Positions 7,800 through 16,687 of a stretch of 53,184 nucleotides of DNA are shown here, piece after piece. The DNA is from Patescibacteria group bacterium. GTDB lineage: Bacteria > Patescibacteriota > Gracilibacteria > UBA1369 > UM-FILTER-53-11. The stretch covers positions 1-53,184 of the forward strand of contig JBBTWV010000012.1 in the NCBI GenBank assembly GCA_038062615.1, given 5' to 3'. Each line of letters begins with the position of its first letter. Positions within the stretch are counted from its first letter, which is position 1. The notes under the pieces were generated by a model, which worked only from the letters and a program-made list of their open reading frames with translations, did not search any database and was not told where the DNA came from. Both the position numbers and the translations under genes were made by a program.

Positions 7800-8926
7800 T
7801 GCAGATATCGTACTCACCTCACCCAGCATCATTCAAAGCAGGACTCAAAAAGTTACTGCAGGATTTTCCCAAGCACCGCGCCAGGATAATGGAACGGCCA
7901 TTCGCACAACTTCCATGGAAAAATTTGGAACCGCTCAAACATCTTAAGGCCAAGCCGACTTTTAAACACATCGCCGTGGTGGGTATGGGAGGCTCCAGCC
8001 TTGGCACCAAAGCCCTTGCACAAGCCCTTCAAGGCGAGTCCTTGGTTTTCCTGGATAATATTCATCCCGATTTTATTTCGCAAAAATTAGCACAACTGGA
8101 TCTCAAAAAAACGCTCTTTTTGCTTATGAGCAAATCAGGCGAAACCATCGAAGTGCTTTCTTTAGCCAAAGTTTTGCTCTCAAAAATTTCCTCCTCAAAA
8201 AATTTCTTAGCCATCACCGATAATAAAGGAAGTTCCCTTGGAAAATTGGCTCAACAAAAAAAAATTCCTATTTTCCAGTCAGACGCCGATATTCCCGGAA
8301 GATTTTCTGTTCTTTCTCTTGTAGGTCTTTTGCCAGCCGCGCTTGCCGGCTTGCCGTTCCAAGAAATTCTTAATGGCGCACAAAAAGCATCCTGGACTAA
8401 AGCGTACCTGTTGGCATGCCACCAGTACCTGCATTTCATGAATCACAAAAATATTTCGGTTATTTTTCCTTATCATGAATTTCTTTCTGATGCCGCCGAC
8501 TGGTACATTCAGTTACTTGCCGAAAGCATTGGAAAGTCAAAAAAGATCGGAGTCACCCCCACCAAAGCGCTGGGGGTTAAAGATCAGCACTCACAACTCC
8601 AACTTTTTTTGGATGGTCCTGAGGATAAATTTTTTATTTTTGTAAGACCTCAAAATGGACATTCTGATCATAAAATTCCAGGTAAAAAATATAGTTTAGG
8701 AAAACTCTTCAATGCGGAATACCTAGGGGTTAAACAGGCCTTCCTTAAGCGGAAAAAACCATTTTGCGAGCTCAATCTAGAGGCTCTCTCACCCGCCGCC
8801 GTAGGGGAAATGCTCTTCTTTTTAGAGCTGGAAGTCGGATTTTTGGGTCAGATGTTCGGCGTAAATTTTGAAAATCAACCGGCGGTGGAACTGAGCAAAA
8901 AAATAACAAAAACATTACTCTCATAG
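7799..8926 (+). CDS. pgi: Glucose-6-phosphate isomerase (short SIS-type)
   Basis: VVGMGGSSLGTKAL, LMSKSGETIE, KDQHSQLQL. The start overlaps the ruvA stop (TAATG). Confidence 0.75.
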   Translation: MQISYSPHPASFKAGLKKLLQDFPKHRARIMERPFAQLPWKNLEPLKHLKAKPTFKHIAVVGMGGSSLGTKALAQALQGESLVFLDNIHPDFISQKLAQLDLKKTLFLLMSKSGETIEVLSLAKVLLSKISSSKNFLAITDNKGSSLGKLAQQKKIPIFQSDADIPGRFSVLSLVGLLPAALAGLPFQEILNGAQKASWTKAYLLACHQYLHFMNHKNISVIFPYHEFLSDAADWYIQLLAESIGKSKKIGVTPTKALGVKDQHSQLQLFLDGPEDKFFIFVRPQNGHSDHKIPGKKYSLGKLFNAEYLGVKQAFLKRKKPFCELNLEALSPAAVGEMLFFLELEVGFLGQMFGVNFENQPAVELSKKITKTLLS

Positions 8927-9053
8927 AGCTCTACCATGGGTTTGTAGAAAAGCAAAATGCTGTTGTTAGTTTTAAACAACAGCTGACACTAGTGACACAT
9001 TTACCCTTTTATGAAGCCAAAATATTACCCATCTTGAAAACGAAGACACGAAT

Positions 9054-9081
9054 TTGACTACGGCACAACAGCTGGTATGAT
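9054..9081 (+). promoter_or_regulatory. Sigma-70-type promoter (TTGACT-16-TGgTATGAT)
   Basis: -35 at 9054-9059. Extended -10 at 9073-9081. It lies 27 nt upstream of the ATG at 9109. Confidence 0.5.
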
Positions 9082-9108
9082 GAAAAAAATATTTAATGAC
9101 AAAAATTT

Positions 9109-10167
9109 ATGACGCAAGATGGAACACAAATCGTCGGGACACTTCCCGAAATGAAGGACCTGGTGAATAATTTACTTATACTTCTCTCCCCCAAAGAAAA
9201 ACATATTATTGAAAATCGCTATAGTCTCAATGAGCGCCCGCACGCCACCCTGGAAAAAATCGGCCGGGAATTTGGCGTAACTCGCGAGCGTATTCGTCAG
9301 ATTGAAAAAAATGCCCTCAAGAAGCTTTCACGCAACATCGTAAACACTCGCCTCCACAATTTTAACCAGTTTGCCAGCACAATCATCCAAAAATACGAGG
9401 GCGTGGTCTTGGAGGATAAAATCGTAAGTGAAATTTTAGCTCTTGTAAGCGATCCTAAAACAGTAGACGCATCTGCCATCAAGCTTTCTATTGAGCTCGA
9501 TGCCAATCTTGAGCGAGTTCCCAACACCATTCACTATCAGCCTTATTTCAAGCTCAAGACCATGGAGCGCAAAGAGATCATGAATCTTTGCGACAAAACG
9601 ATTCGTTATCTTGCTGATAAAAACGAAGTAAAAGATGTGGATGAGGTTATTGCCGCCCTGGAAAAAGATACGGGTAAGAAATGGAGTCGCGCTTTTGTGC
9701 TTTCTTGCTTAGAGCTGGATCGTCGCTTAAAAGTAGTCAAAAAAGGTATTGGACTGGCCACTTGGCGGCACATTAACCCCCGCACGTTGCGAGACAAAAT
9801 TCTCTACATTCTCAATGAGATCCAAAAACCGCTGCACTATGTAGAAATTGCTAACCGCATCGCGCAGGCCAATTTTGATAGAAAAGTTATTAATGTTCAG
9901 GCCGTTCATAACGAACTCATAAGAGATAATTCTTTTGTGCTCATTGGACGTGGTATCTACGCGCTTCGCAAATGGGGCTACAACGATGGAACCGTAGCCG
10001 AGGTCATTGGATCTATTTTGCGCGAAAAAGGTCCACTTAACCGCGAAGACATCATTACCGAGGTCATGAAAAAACGCCAAGTAAAACGCATCACCATCCT
10101 CCTCAACCTCAAAAACAAGCCGATGTTTGAGAGAGTGGGACGTGATACGTATGCGGTAAAGGCGTAG
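9109..10167 (+). CDS. Sigma-70 region-4-like HTH plus C-terminal HARE-HTH protein
   Basis: N-terminal TLEKIGREFGVTRERIRQIEKNALKKL is a region 4.2-like HTH. C-terminal PLHYVEIANRI...FVLIGRGIYALRKWGY is HARE-HTH-like, as in RpoE-delta N-termini. Confidence 0.6.
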   Translation: MTQDGTQIVGTLPEMKDLVNNLLILLSPKEKHIIENRYSLNERPHATLEKIGREFGVTRERIRQIEKNALKKLSRNIVNTRLHNFNQFASTIIQKYEGVVLEDKIVSEILALVSDPKTVDASAIKLSIELDANLERVPNTIHYQPYFKLKTMERKEIMNLCDKTIRYLADKNEVKDVDEVIAALEKDTGKKWSRAFVLSCLELDRRLKVVKKGIGLATWRHINPRTLRDKILYILNEIQKPLHYVEIANRIAQANFDRKVINVQAVHNELIRDNSFVLIGRGIYALRKWGYNDGTVAEVIGSILREKGPLNREDIITEVMKKRQVKRITILLNLKNKPMFERVGRDTYAVKA

Positions 10168-10169
10168 AT

Positions 10170-10200
10170 CTTACAAGGATTTTAATCGTGTAGGTTTTTT
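10170..10200 (+). terminator. Rho-independent terminator-like hairpin plus T6
   Basis: CTTACA..(13 nt)..TGTAGG (one G-U pair) followed by TTTTTT, 3 nt after the stop. Confidence 0.45.
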
Positions 10201-10212
10201 AGTTATGTTCGC

Positions 10213-10218
10213 TATAAT
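10213..10218 (+). promoter_or_regulatory. -10 box (TATAAT) ahead of the tRNA-Val region
   Basis: GCTATAAT lies about 10 nt upstream of the tRNA-like fragment at 10228. Confidence 0.4.
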
Positions 10219-10227
10219 AGCCACCAT

Positions 10228-10274
10228 GGGCGCTTACTCAGCTGGGGCGCCTGCGGCTCTACAAAAGCGCGTCG
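10228..10274 (+). other. Degenerate duplicate of the 5' half of tRNA-Val
   Basis: GGGCGCTTACTCAGCTGG matches tRNA-Val positions 1-19 apart from one missing G. AAGCGCGTCG (10265-10274) matches the D-arm/anticodon-stem junction. No 3' acceptor complement follows. Confidence 0.5.
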
Positions 10275-10324
10275 CGAGATGCGAGATGGTAAAACAACAG
10301 GTTATACCAGGATATTAAATTTTC

Positions 10325-10401
10325 GGGCGCTTAGCTCAGCTGGTTAGAGCGCGTCGTTTACACCGACGAGGCCGGGGGTTCGAACCCCTCAGCGCCCACC
10401 A
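10325..10401 (+). tRNA. tRNA-Val (anticodon TAC), CCA encoded
   Basis: Cloverleaf by hand: acceptor GGGCGCT/AGCGCCC, D arm GCTC/GAGC, anticodon stem CGTCG/CGACG with loop TTTACAC, T loop TTCGAAC, 3' ACCA. Confidence 0.9.
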
Positions 10402-10411
10402 AAATATATCT

Positions 10412-10966
10412 ATGGCACTTACCTACTCTCAAAATATTCCTTTTGGGCAAAAAGCACCGGATTTTTCACTGCCTGGTATTGATGGCAAAACATACACGCT
10501 TGCTCATTTTAAAAACAAAAAAGCGCTGGTTATTATTTTTATGTGTAATCACTGCCCGTATGTTCAGGCTTGCTGGACTCGCCTCATCACAATTCAAAAA
10601 GAATTTGGACCAAAAGGAGTCCAGCTCGTCGGAATCAATTCTAATGATGAAACTGCCTACCCCGATGACAGCTTTGAAAAAATGAAGGAGTTTGCCAAAC
10701 AAAAAGGCCAAAACTTCCCTTACTTGAGGGATGCATCGCAGGAAGTGGCAAAAAAATATAGCGCCGTCTGCACTCCAGATATTTTTGTATACGATGAAAA
10801 CCTTGGGCTCGCTTATCACGGCCGCCTGGATGACAACTGGCAGGATGAGGCAAAAGTTACCAAGCATGAACTGGCCGAAGCCCTAGAAGCCCTTGCACAA
10901 GGCAAAAAACCATCACCGAATCAAAATCCATCCATGGGATGTTCCATTAAATGGATTCATTCGTAA
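10412..10966 (+). CDS. Thioredoxin-fold protein (AhpC/TSA-like, CxxC)
   Basis: PDFSLPGIDGKTYTL, VIIFMCNHCPYV. Confidence 0.7.
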   Translation: MALTYSQNIPFGQKAPDFSLPGIDGKTYTLAHFKNKKALVIIFMCNHCPYVQACWTRLITIQKEFGPKGVQLVGINSNDETAYPDDSFEKMKEFAKQKGQNFPYLRDASQEVAKKYSAVCTPDIFVYDENLGLAYHGRLDDNWQDEAKVTKHELAEALEALAQGKKPSPNQNPSMGCSIKWIHS

Positions 10967-11051
10967 GTTTTTGGCAGTAGATCCATAGTTTCCAACGCCT
11001 CCATCACTTTAGCGTGAATATTTAAGTTAAAACGGCTTCGGGAAGTTTAGC

Positions 11052-11747
11052 CTAAAGCTGGCCCAAGAGATCGCGAGCCTGTAATAAAAGCTCGTTGTAG
11101 CGTATTTGTTCGCCCGCCAAACGATGAGTAATAGGGCCCTCCGTATCCGCAACCCACGGCGGCAAGTTCGCTATGTGCTCCAAAAGTGCTTTGTCTTTTT
11201 TAACCGTCTCATTCACTAAAAGATTCCCAAGAAGCTCTGTACTCATATAACGTTTTGGAGAAGCCATCCACCATAACGCCTCATTGGAAGCATCGGGGTC
11301 TTTTGCCAAAATATTCTGGAATGGACTCACCGTGTAATAAGAATGCTTGCCCCTCTTTTCCAGCTTTTTAAAAAACACGCTGCTCATAATATATTCATCA
11401 GAACTGTCAAAATCATAGACACCAAGCTTGGTAATTTGCTCATGGCTCAGTTGCCCTCCATCAAAATCAATCCAGCCTATTTTTCCTTTATGCTCAATTC
11501 CCAATGCTTGGTTATACATACAACCCTCTTCGCAATCTTCAGGCTTGCCAAAACGGACTTGGAATATTTTTACTTTCTCTTTCTGGCCAATAAATTTAAA
11601 TCTTATTCTCTTGCTCAGTAAAGGCAAATTGGCCGATTTTATAAAAGAGCGGATATTATTTGGTGCAGAGGTAGAAGCATGTACATCAAACTGGAAAACC
11701 AACAAACAGAGAAAGGCCGCATGAATGAGTATAATTTTTTTCAGCAT
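11052..11747 (-). CDS. Secreted hypothetical protein
   Basis: Start moved to MLKKIILIHAAFLCLLVFQFDVHAS (signal-peptide-like), because the longer ORF runs through tRNA-Leu. The ATG is 5 nt after the tRNA 3' end. Confidence 0.6.
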   Translation of the reverse strand: MLKKIILIHAAFLCLLVFQFDVHASTSAPNNIRSFIKSANLPLLSKRIRFKFIGQKEKVKIFQVRFGKPEDCEEGCMYNQALGIEHKGKIGWIDFDGGQLSHEQITKLGVYDFDSSDEYIMSSVFFKKLEKRGKHSYYTVSPFQNILAKDPDASNEALWWMASPKRYMSTELLGNLLVNETVKKDKALLEHIANLPPWVADTEGPITHRLAGEQIRYNELLLQARDLLGQL

Positions 11748-11752
11748 ATATA

Positions 11753-11837
11753 TGGTGCCCTGGGGGAGACTCGAACTCCCAAGCCTTTCGGCATACGCTC
11801 CTGAAGCGTACGCGTATACCAATTCCGCCACCAGGGC
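11753..11837 (-). tRNA. tRNA-Leu (anticodon CAG), long variable arm, CCA encoded
   Basis: Acceptor GCCCTGG/CCAGGGC, anticodon stem TACGC/GCGTA with loop TTCAGGA, variable arm GCC-GAAA-GGC, T arm GGGAG-TTCGAGT-CTCCC. Confidence 0.9.
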
Positions 11838-11885
11838 ACGCTGAAAGCATAAAGAAGCACTCTCCAAGAAGCAAGCAACTGCTTG

Positions 11886-12719
11886 TTACGGTAAAAATCG
11901 TAAATTATCAATGTCCGTCACCGCACCATACCCCCTCAACATTCCTTCCATTCGCGATCGATACACTCCATTGAGTACAGCTTCTTCACGTTTTCCTGCA
12001 GCAACATTAGTATCCGTATCATAGAGAGGAAGATACTTGAGTCTTATCTCCTGCGCCTTATCCTCATAAAAAACAAAAAGTTCATCAATATTTTTGGTAA
12101 GTTCGGCCATTTTATAAGGTTCGACCCCGGTAATAACAACATTGCGAACTTCGCCATCTCGATAGGCTCGCAACTGCACGCGAACCGTTCCTGCATTGGT
12201 ATCAGCAAACACGAGTGCGCTCACGATAGAAGCTCCTCCGGAAATATGCAGACAAAGCTTTTGCTCAACGACTCCCCACTCGGCGCCATAAGCCTTAGCC
12301 TGCATGAATTGTTCAAATTTACTCGGTTTAAGCAGATCTCTTTTTACGCCTTTTTGCTCGTCTTGGTTCCTTTTCTGCACCTCTCTCTCTAACTCTCGGA
12401 AATAAGATTGACGAAATCCTGGGATCTGAGTTTTTAAACATTTAAAAACATCATTGAGTAAGGCTCGCTCTGCTTCTAAAGGAGTAATATGATCCGGTCC
12501 AGATGCTTGCCAACGCTCCAAAGCATCTCTCAAGGATTTTTGAGCCTGAGCTCTTGTTCCATCTACTTCAGTATGAGAGTCAGGAGTCGGAGACAAAACT
12601 GGTTTGTCTTCTGCATCGTCAACACAAGAGTCAAGACAGCGTGGATATAGAGCGGCCGCTCCAAGCGCTAAAACCACTACAGCAGCCAATCGAGAATTTC
12701 TTGATGGAGATTCCGACAT
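11886..12719 (-). CDS. Membrane-anchored hypothetical protein, paralog A
   Basis: N-terminal anchor RLAAVVVLALGAAALY. Shares GTVRV(Q/K)...VEPY(K/R)(M/I)AEL with 12782-13600. Confidence 0.6.
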   Translation of the reverse strand: MSESPSRNSRLAAVVVLALGAAALYPRCLDSCVDDAEDKPVLSPTPDSHTEVDGTRAQAQKSLRDALERWQASGPDHITPLEAERALLNDVFKCLKTQIPGFRQSYFRELEREVQKRNQDEQKGVKRDLLKPSKFEQFMQAKAYGAEWGVVEQKLCLHISGGASIVSALVFADTNAGTVRVQLRAYRDGEVRNVVITGVEPYKMAELTKNIDELFVFYEDKAQEIRLKYLPLYDTDTNVAAGKREEAVLNGVYRSRMEGMLRGYGAVTDIDNLRFLP

Positions 12720-12726
12720 AGAGCTT

Positions 12727-12755
12727 TATCTACGCCTTTTTGGCATTTTTGTCAA
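12727..12755 (-). promoter_or_regulatory. Promoter TTGACA-17-TAGATA, 7 nt before the ATG (leaderless configuration)
   Basis: Minus strand: TTGACA (12755-12750), 17-nt spacer, TAGATA (12732-12727), AAGCTCT, ATG (12719). Confidence 0.55.
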
Positions 12756-12781
12756 TTTCTGACCTGTCAAAATTTGCCAAA

Positions 12782-13600
12782 TTATGGAAAATCTATAGTC
12801 TTAAGCCTCCTTCCTGTATCACGTATCGTTCCGTATTTCCCTAACTGTGCGGCTCTTTGATCTTTTTGGCGTTCGGTTAATTGGCGTCTTTCATCAAGCA
12901 TTCGCTCATCATCGTCTTCATAACGATCAGGACGATATTTACGCTCAAGTTCCGAATTTTCCCAATCAAACTGGGCCTCAAGAGTTTCATTCTCCTGGAT
13001 TAATTCAGCAATGCGATAAGGTTCCACATGAGAAACTTCCAAATTATCTGAGACTTTGACCCGAACGGTCCCATGAGAAATTTCCGGATGTATATTCGCC
13101 CGCCATTTCCCACCGCGCTCCACATTAATACACCAATCAGGATTTTTCTTTCCCTTAGAATGTGGCGGAAGAATCCTGGCTGCGTACATATTCATCTCTT
13201 TCTCCTTTTTTTGTGCTTCTCTATATTCTGGACTATCAAAGCTGTCGCCCATTTTTGACCACACCGCCTCAACAAGTTCATGATAGGACTCATCATAATC
13301 TGGCAGTTCTTTTTTAATAATTTCTAAAGCATCTTTGAGCAACGATTGTTTTGCTTCCTCGTCAGTGTTTTCTTTGCCACCAGAGCCAGCTGGCGCAGCG
13401 GCAGCCGGAGCCGGAGAAACTATTCCCGGAACAACTTCAGTCACCTCCTTGCGAGCCTTATCTTTTGTGGCAGCAACTTTTGCAGCGACCTCAGGCAAGT
13501 CAGCCCCACTTTCTGAAGAGTGAAGTGCAGCACTCGCTAACCCCAAAGCAGCAGCTACCGCCACTAATGCCGCTACCCTTCTTTTTGGTGTTTCGCCCAT
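12782..13600 (-). CDS. Membrane-anchored hypothetical protein, paralog B
   Basis: Anchor VAALVAVAAALGLASAAL, an Ala/Pro-rich linker, and a C-terminal block HGTVRVKVSDNLEVSHVEPYRIAEL similar to paralog A. Confidence 0.6.
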   Translation of the reverse strand: MGETPKRRVAALVAVAAALGLASAALHSSESGADLPEVAAKVAATKDKARKEVTEVVPGIVSPAPAAAAPAGSGGKENTDEEAKQSLLKDALEIIKKELPDYDESYHELVEAVWSKMGDSFDSPEYREAQKKEKEMNMYAARILPPHSKGKKNPDWCINVERGGKWRANIHPEISHGTVRVKVSDNLEVSHVEPYRIAELIQENETLEAQFDWENSELERKYRPDRYEDDDERMLDERRQLTERQKDQRAAQLGKYGTIRDTGRRLKTIDFP

Positions 13601-13612
13601 ATAATTACTATT

Positions 13613-15973
13613 TTACATCCACTTCCACGCATCAATCTCATCCATGTCTCGTCCATATTTTAGAATGAATTTTTGATGCTGGGTAAGTTTTCGCTCAAAT
13701 TTCGCCAACAATTTTGGCGCTAATTTTGCAACTTTCTCATTAACCTTGGCGCCTTTGATAAGAGCATCCATCACCAAATGAAAGCGGCTTGTTTCATTGC
13801 GCACATGCATATCAAACGGAGTCGTGGTCGTCCCCTCTTCTTTGTAACCATGAAGAGAAAAACGCTGTGCAGCAGGATGACCAAAAACGAGTTTTTTTAT
13901 GACGTCTGGATATCCATGGAAGTTAAAGATAATCGGTTTGTCGCTGGTGAAAAATTTCTCAAACTGCTTGCTACTCAAACGCAACGGATGCCTTTCATCA
14001 CCAATTCCCAAACTGGTTAATTCGGAAACATTTACATAGCGCACATTCAGTTCCGGAACTTCTTCTTTCAAAATTGATATCGCGGCCATCGCCTCCACGG
14101 TCATGTGATCGCCGGCGCTGGCAATAACCACATCAGGATTTTGGCTTCCAGGATGCGCCCAGTCCCAAACGCCAACTCCCAACTTGAGTTGTTTTTTAGC
14201 TTCATCCAAGGTGAGCCACTGCGGCATTGGGTTTTTGCCGACGACCATGACATTGATGCTATTTTTGCGATTGAAACAGTCTTGGAGGGTGACCAAAAAA
14301 CTATTGGCATCCGGCGGAAAGTACACACTGCAGAACTCACCATGCTTCTCCAAAACATTACTTACAAAACTTGGATTTTGATGCGAGAAGCCGTTATGTT
14401 CTTGCCTCCAACCAAGACTCGTAAGCAAATAGTTGAGCGACGAGATTGGTTTTCTCCAAGCCACTTTTAATGACTGCTTCACAAACTTGGCGAACTGGTC
14501 CACCATGCTGGCAACAATCATGGCAAAAGCCTCGTATGTGGCAAACATTCCATGACGGCCAGTGAGCAAGTATCCCTGCAGCCAGCCTTGAAGGTTGTGT
14601 TCGCTGAGGACTTCCATCACGCGTCCATCGGCCGCCATATTTTCGTCATAATCCTTAAGCGGCCACATAAAAGCTCGTCCCGTAACCTCAAAAAGCGACT
14701 GCATTTTATTTGATTCTGTTTCATCAGGACAAAAGAATCGGAAATTTTTGGCGTCAGCATTTTCTTTAAAAATATCGCGAATAAACTGCGCACCAACTTC
14801 GGTATTTGATTTCTGTTCGCTGCCACGTTTTTTAATGGCCACTTCATATTTATGGAGATTCGGCAGAGTGAGTTTTTTACGCATATTGCCGCCGATGGCA
14901 TGTTTGTTGTGTCCCATGCGCAGTGATCCTTGCGGCACAAACTCCAAAACTTCCGGCAACGGCCGCCCTTTGAAATCAACAAGCTCTTCCACATGATAAT
15001 GACTCAACCACTCTTCCAAAAGTGCAAACGTTTTTGGGTTGGTTTTAGGGTCCGTCAGCGGAATTCCATGAGAGCGGAAGTTGCCTTCCACCTTATGTCC
15101 ATAAGCTTCTTTTACGCCCGTCCAGCCTTTTAAACTGCGCAAAACAATCATCGGCCACTTGGGTGCTAAAACTTTTTTACCGCTACGTGCACGCTTTTGT
15201 ATCCCAACAATGGTGTCATACGCCCAGCTCATAGCCTCTGCCATTTTTTGATGAAGGTGAGCGCCAGAAACAATATGCGGCTCATATCCAAATCCCTTAA
15301 AAAGATTCATGAGTTCTTCATCGCGCATGGCGCCATACATTGTTGGGCCAGAAATTTTATAACCGTTGTCATGCAAAATGGGCAACACCGCACCCGACTC
15401 TGCAGGATTTAAAAACTTATTGCTCTGCCAAGAAGCCGCCAAAGGACCAGTCTCAGCTTCACCATCGCCCACCACGCAAACCGCAAGCAGATCAGGGTTA
15501 TCCATCACCGCACCGTAAGCCGTAGAGAGGCTATACCCCAGTTCGCCACCTTCTAAAATAGTTCCCGGCGTTCCTGGATTTAAGTGGCTGGGCAAGCCAC
15601 CCGGCCAGCTAAAATTTTTGATGAGTGCGCCACTGCCTTTGGCATCGCGCGAGTACTGCTCATAAAAATCGCCCATGGTTCCTTCAGCAAATAAATTGGA
15701 GAGAACTCCCGGCGCACCATGTCCAGGACCAGAAATAAAAAGAGCACTCACGCCGCGCCTACAAATAAGGTAATTGGCATGCGCATAAATAAAATTTTGC
15801 CCGGGAACCGTCCCCCAGTGCCCCAAAATTCGATCTTTAATATCTTCTTTTTTAAGAGGACGCTTCAGCAAAAAATTATCTTTCAAATAAAGCTGAGCGG
15901 CGCTCAAATAATCAGTATAGCGGAGATATTTTTCAAACCAAGAAAGTTCCTGTTTGGTGAGAATGGTTTTCAT
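13613..15973 (-). CDS. xfp: Xylulose-5-phosphate/fructose-6-phosphate phosphoketolase
   Basis: 786 aa. ILGHWGTVPGQNFIYAHANYLI, EGGELGYSLSTAYGA, GDGEAETGP. Confidence 0.9.
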   Translation of the reverse strand: MKTILTKQELSWFEKYLRYTDYLSAAQLYLKDNFLLKRPLKKEDIKDRILGHWGTVPGQNFIYAHANYLICRRGVSALFISGPGHGAPGVLSNLFAEGTMGDFYEQYSRDAKGSGALIKNFSWPGGLPSHLNPGTPGTILEGGELGYSLSTAYGAVMDNPDLLAVCVVGDGEAETGPLAASWQSNKFLNPAESGAVLPILHDNGYKISGPTMYGAMRDEELMNLFKGFGYEPHIVSGAHLHQKMAEAMSWAYDTIVGIQKRARSGKKVLAPKWPMIVLRSLKGWTGVKEAYGHKVEGNFRSHGIPLTDPKTNPKTFALLEEWLSHYHVEELVDFKGRPLPEVLEFVPQGSLRMGHNKHAIGGNMRKKLTLPNLHKYEVAIKKRGSEQKSNTEVGAQFIRDIFKENADAKNFRFFCPDETESNKMQSLFEVTGRAFMWPLKDYDENMAADGRVMEVLSEHNLQGWLQGYLLTGRHGMFATYEAFAMIVASMVDQFAKFVKQSLKVAWRKPISSLNYLLTSLGWRQEHNGFSHQNPSFVSNVLEKHGEFCSVYFPPDANSFLVTLQDCFNRKNSINVMVVGKNPMPQWLTLDEAKKQLKLGVGVWDWAHPGSQNPDVVIASAGDHMTVEAMAAISILKEEVPELNVRYVNVSELTSLGIGDERHPLRLSSKQFEKFFTSDKPIIFNFHGYPDVIKKLVFGHPAAQRFSLHGYKEEGTTTTPFDMHVRNETSRFHLVMDALIKGAKVNEKVAKLAPKLLAKFERKLTQHQKFILKYGRDMDEIDAWKWM

Positions 15974-16632
15974 TCAGTGAGTTGGGGAGGAAGTTCAAAA
16001 TAATTTTTTACGACGAGCGAGGCACCGGCTTTTAAAAGTTCTTCCCGCGGCGTACTTGTTTCAAAAGCGATGCAACGAATGCCTGCCGCTTTGGCTGCCG
16101 TAACGCCATTAATGGCATCCTCCAAAACAAAACACTCGTCATGATGACACCCAATGCGCCGAGCCGCTTCAATAAAAACATCCGGGAAAGGCTTTCCGCG
16201 AGCTACCTCGCTAATAGAAAGAATTTCTGGAAAATACGATTCCAACCCTGCTTTTTGGAGCATCATTCGTACCGCTGGAAGATTGCTATTCCCCGTAGCA
16301 ATAATTTTTTTGAGTCCTAATTCATGAACTTTTTTTATAAATTCCAAAGCACCCGGAACGATCTCAATTTTGGAATCTTGAACAATTTTTGTATACAACT
16401 CATGCTTTCGGGCCACACACTGGTCTAACTCTTGAGGAGAAATCGTTTTACCATGCTCTGCAAAAACTGCCGAAAAAATGGTCTTAGACCCTGAACCCGC
16501 ATATTTTTTCATCTGTTCCTCATACGAATATGAGAGACCATACGGCTTCAGCACTTTCTGATAAGCATCATAGTGCAACCTCTCGGTAAGAGTAATCGTC
16601 CCGTCCATGTCGAAGATGATTCCTTTGAGCAT
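15970..16632 (-). CDS. HAD-superfamily hydrolase (beta-phosphoglucomutase-like)
   Basis: Motif I IFDMDGTI. C-terminal EDAINGVTAAKAAG. The stop overlaps the xfp start (4 nt). Confidence 0.75.
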   Translation of the reverse strand: MLKGIIFDMDGTITLTERLHYDAYQKVLKPYGLSYSYEEQMKKYAGSGSKTIFSAVFAEHGKTISPQELDQCVARKHELYTKIVQDSKIEIVPGALEFIKKVHELGLKKIIATGNSNLPAVRMMLQKAGLESYFPEILSISEVARGKPFPDVFIEAARRIGCHHDECFVLEDAINGVTAAKAAGIRCIAFETSTPREELLKAGASLVVKNYFELPPQLTE

Positions 16633-16687
16633 AATATATTGAGATTCGGCCTGGTGTTTTGAATTGTTAAATTATACCATATAATTG

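Noticed and set aside
11748-11867. N-terminal 40 codons of ORF 11052-11867.
   Set aside because: They run antisense through a well-formed tRNA-Leu(CAG). The internal ATG at 11747 gives a clean signal-peptide start.
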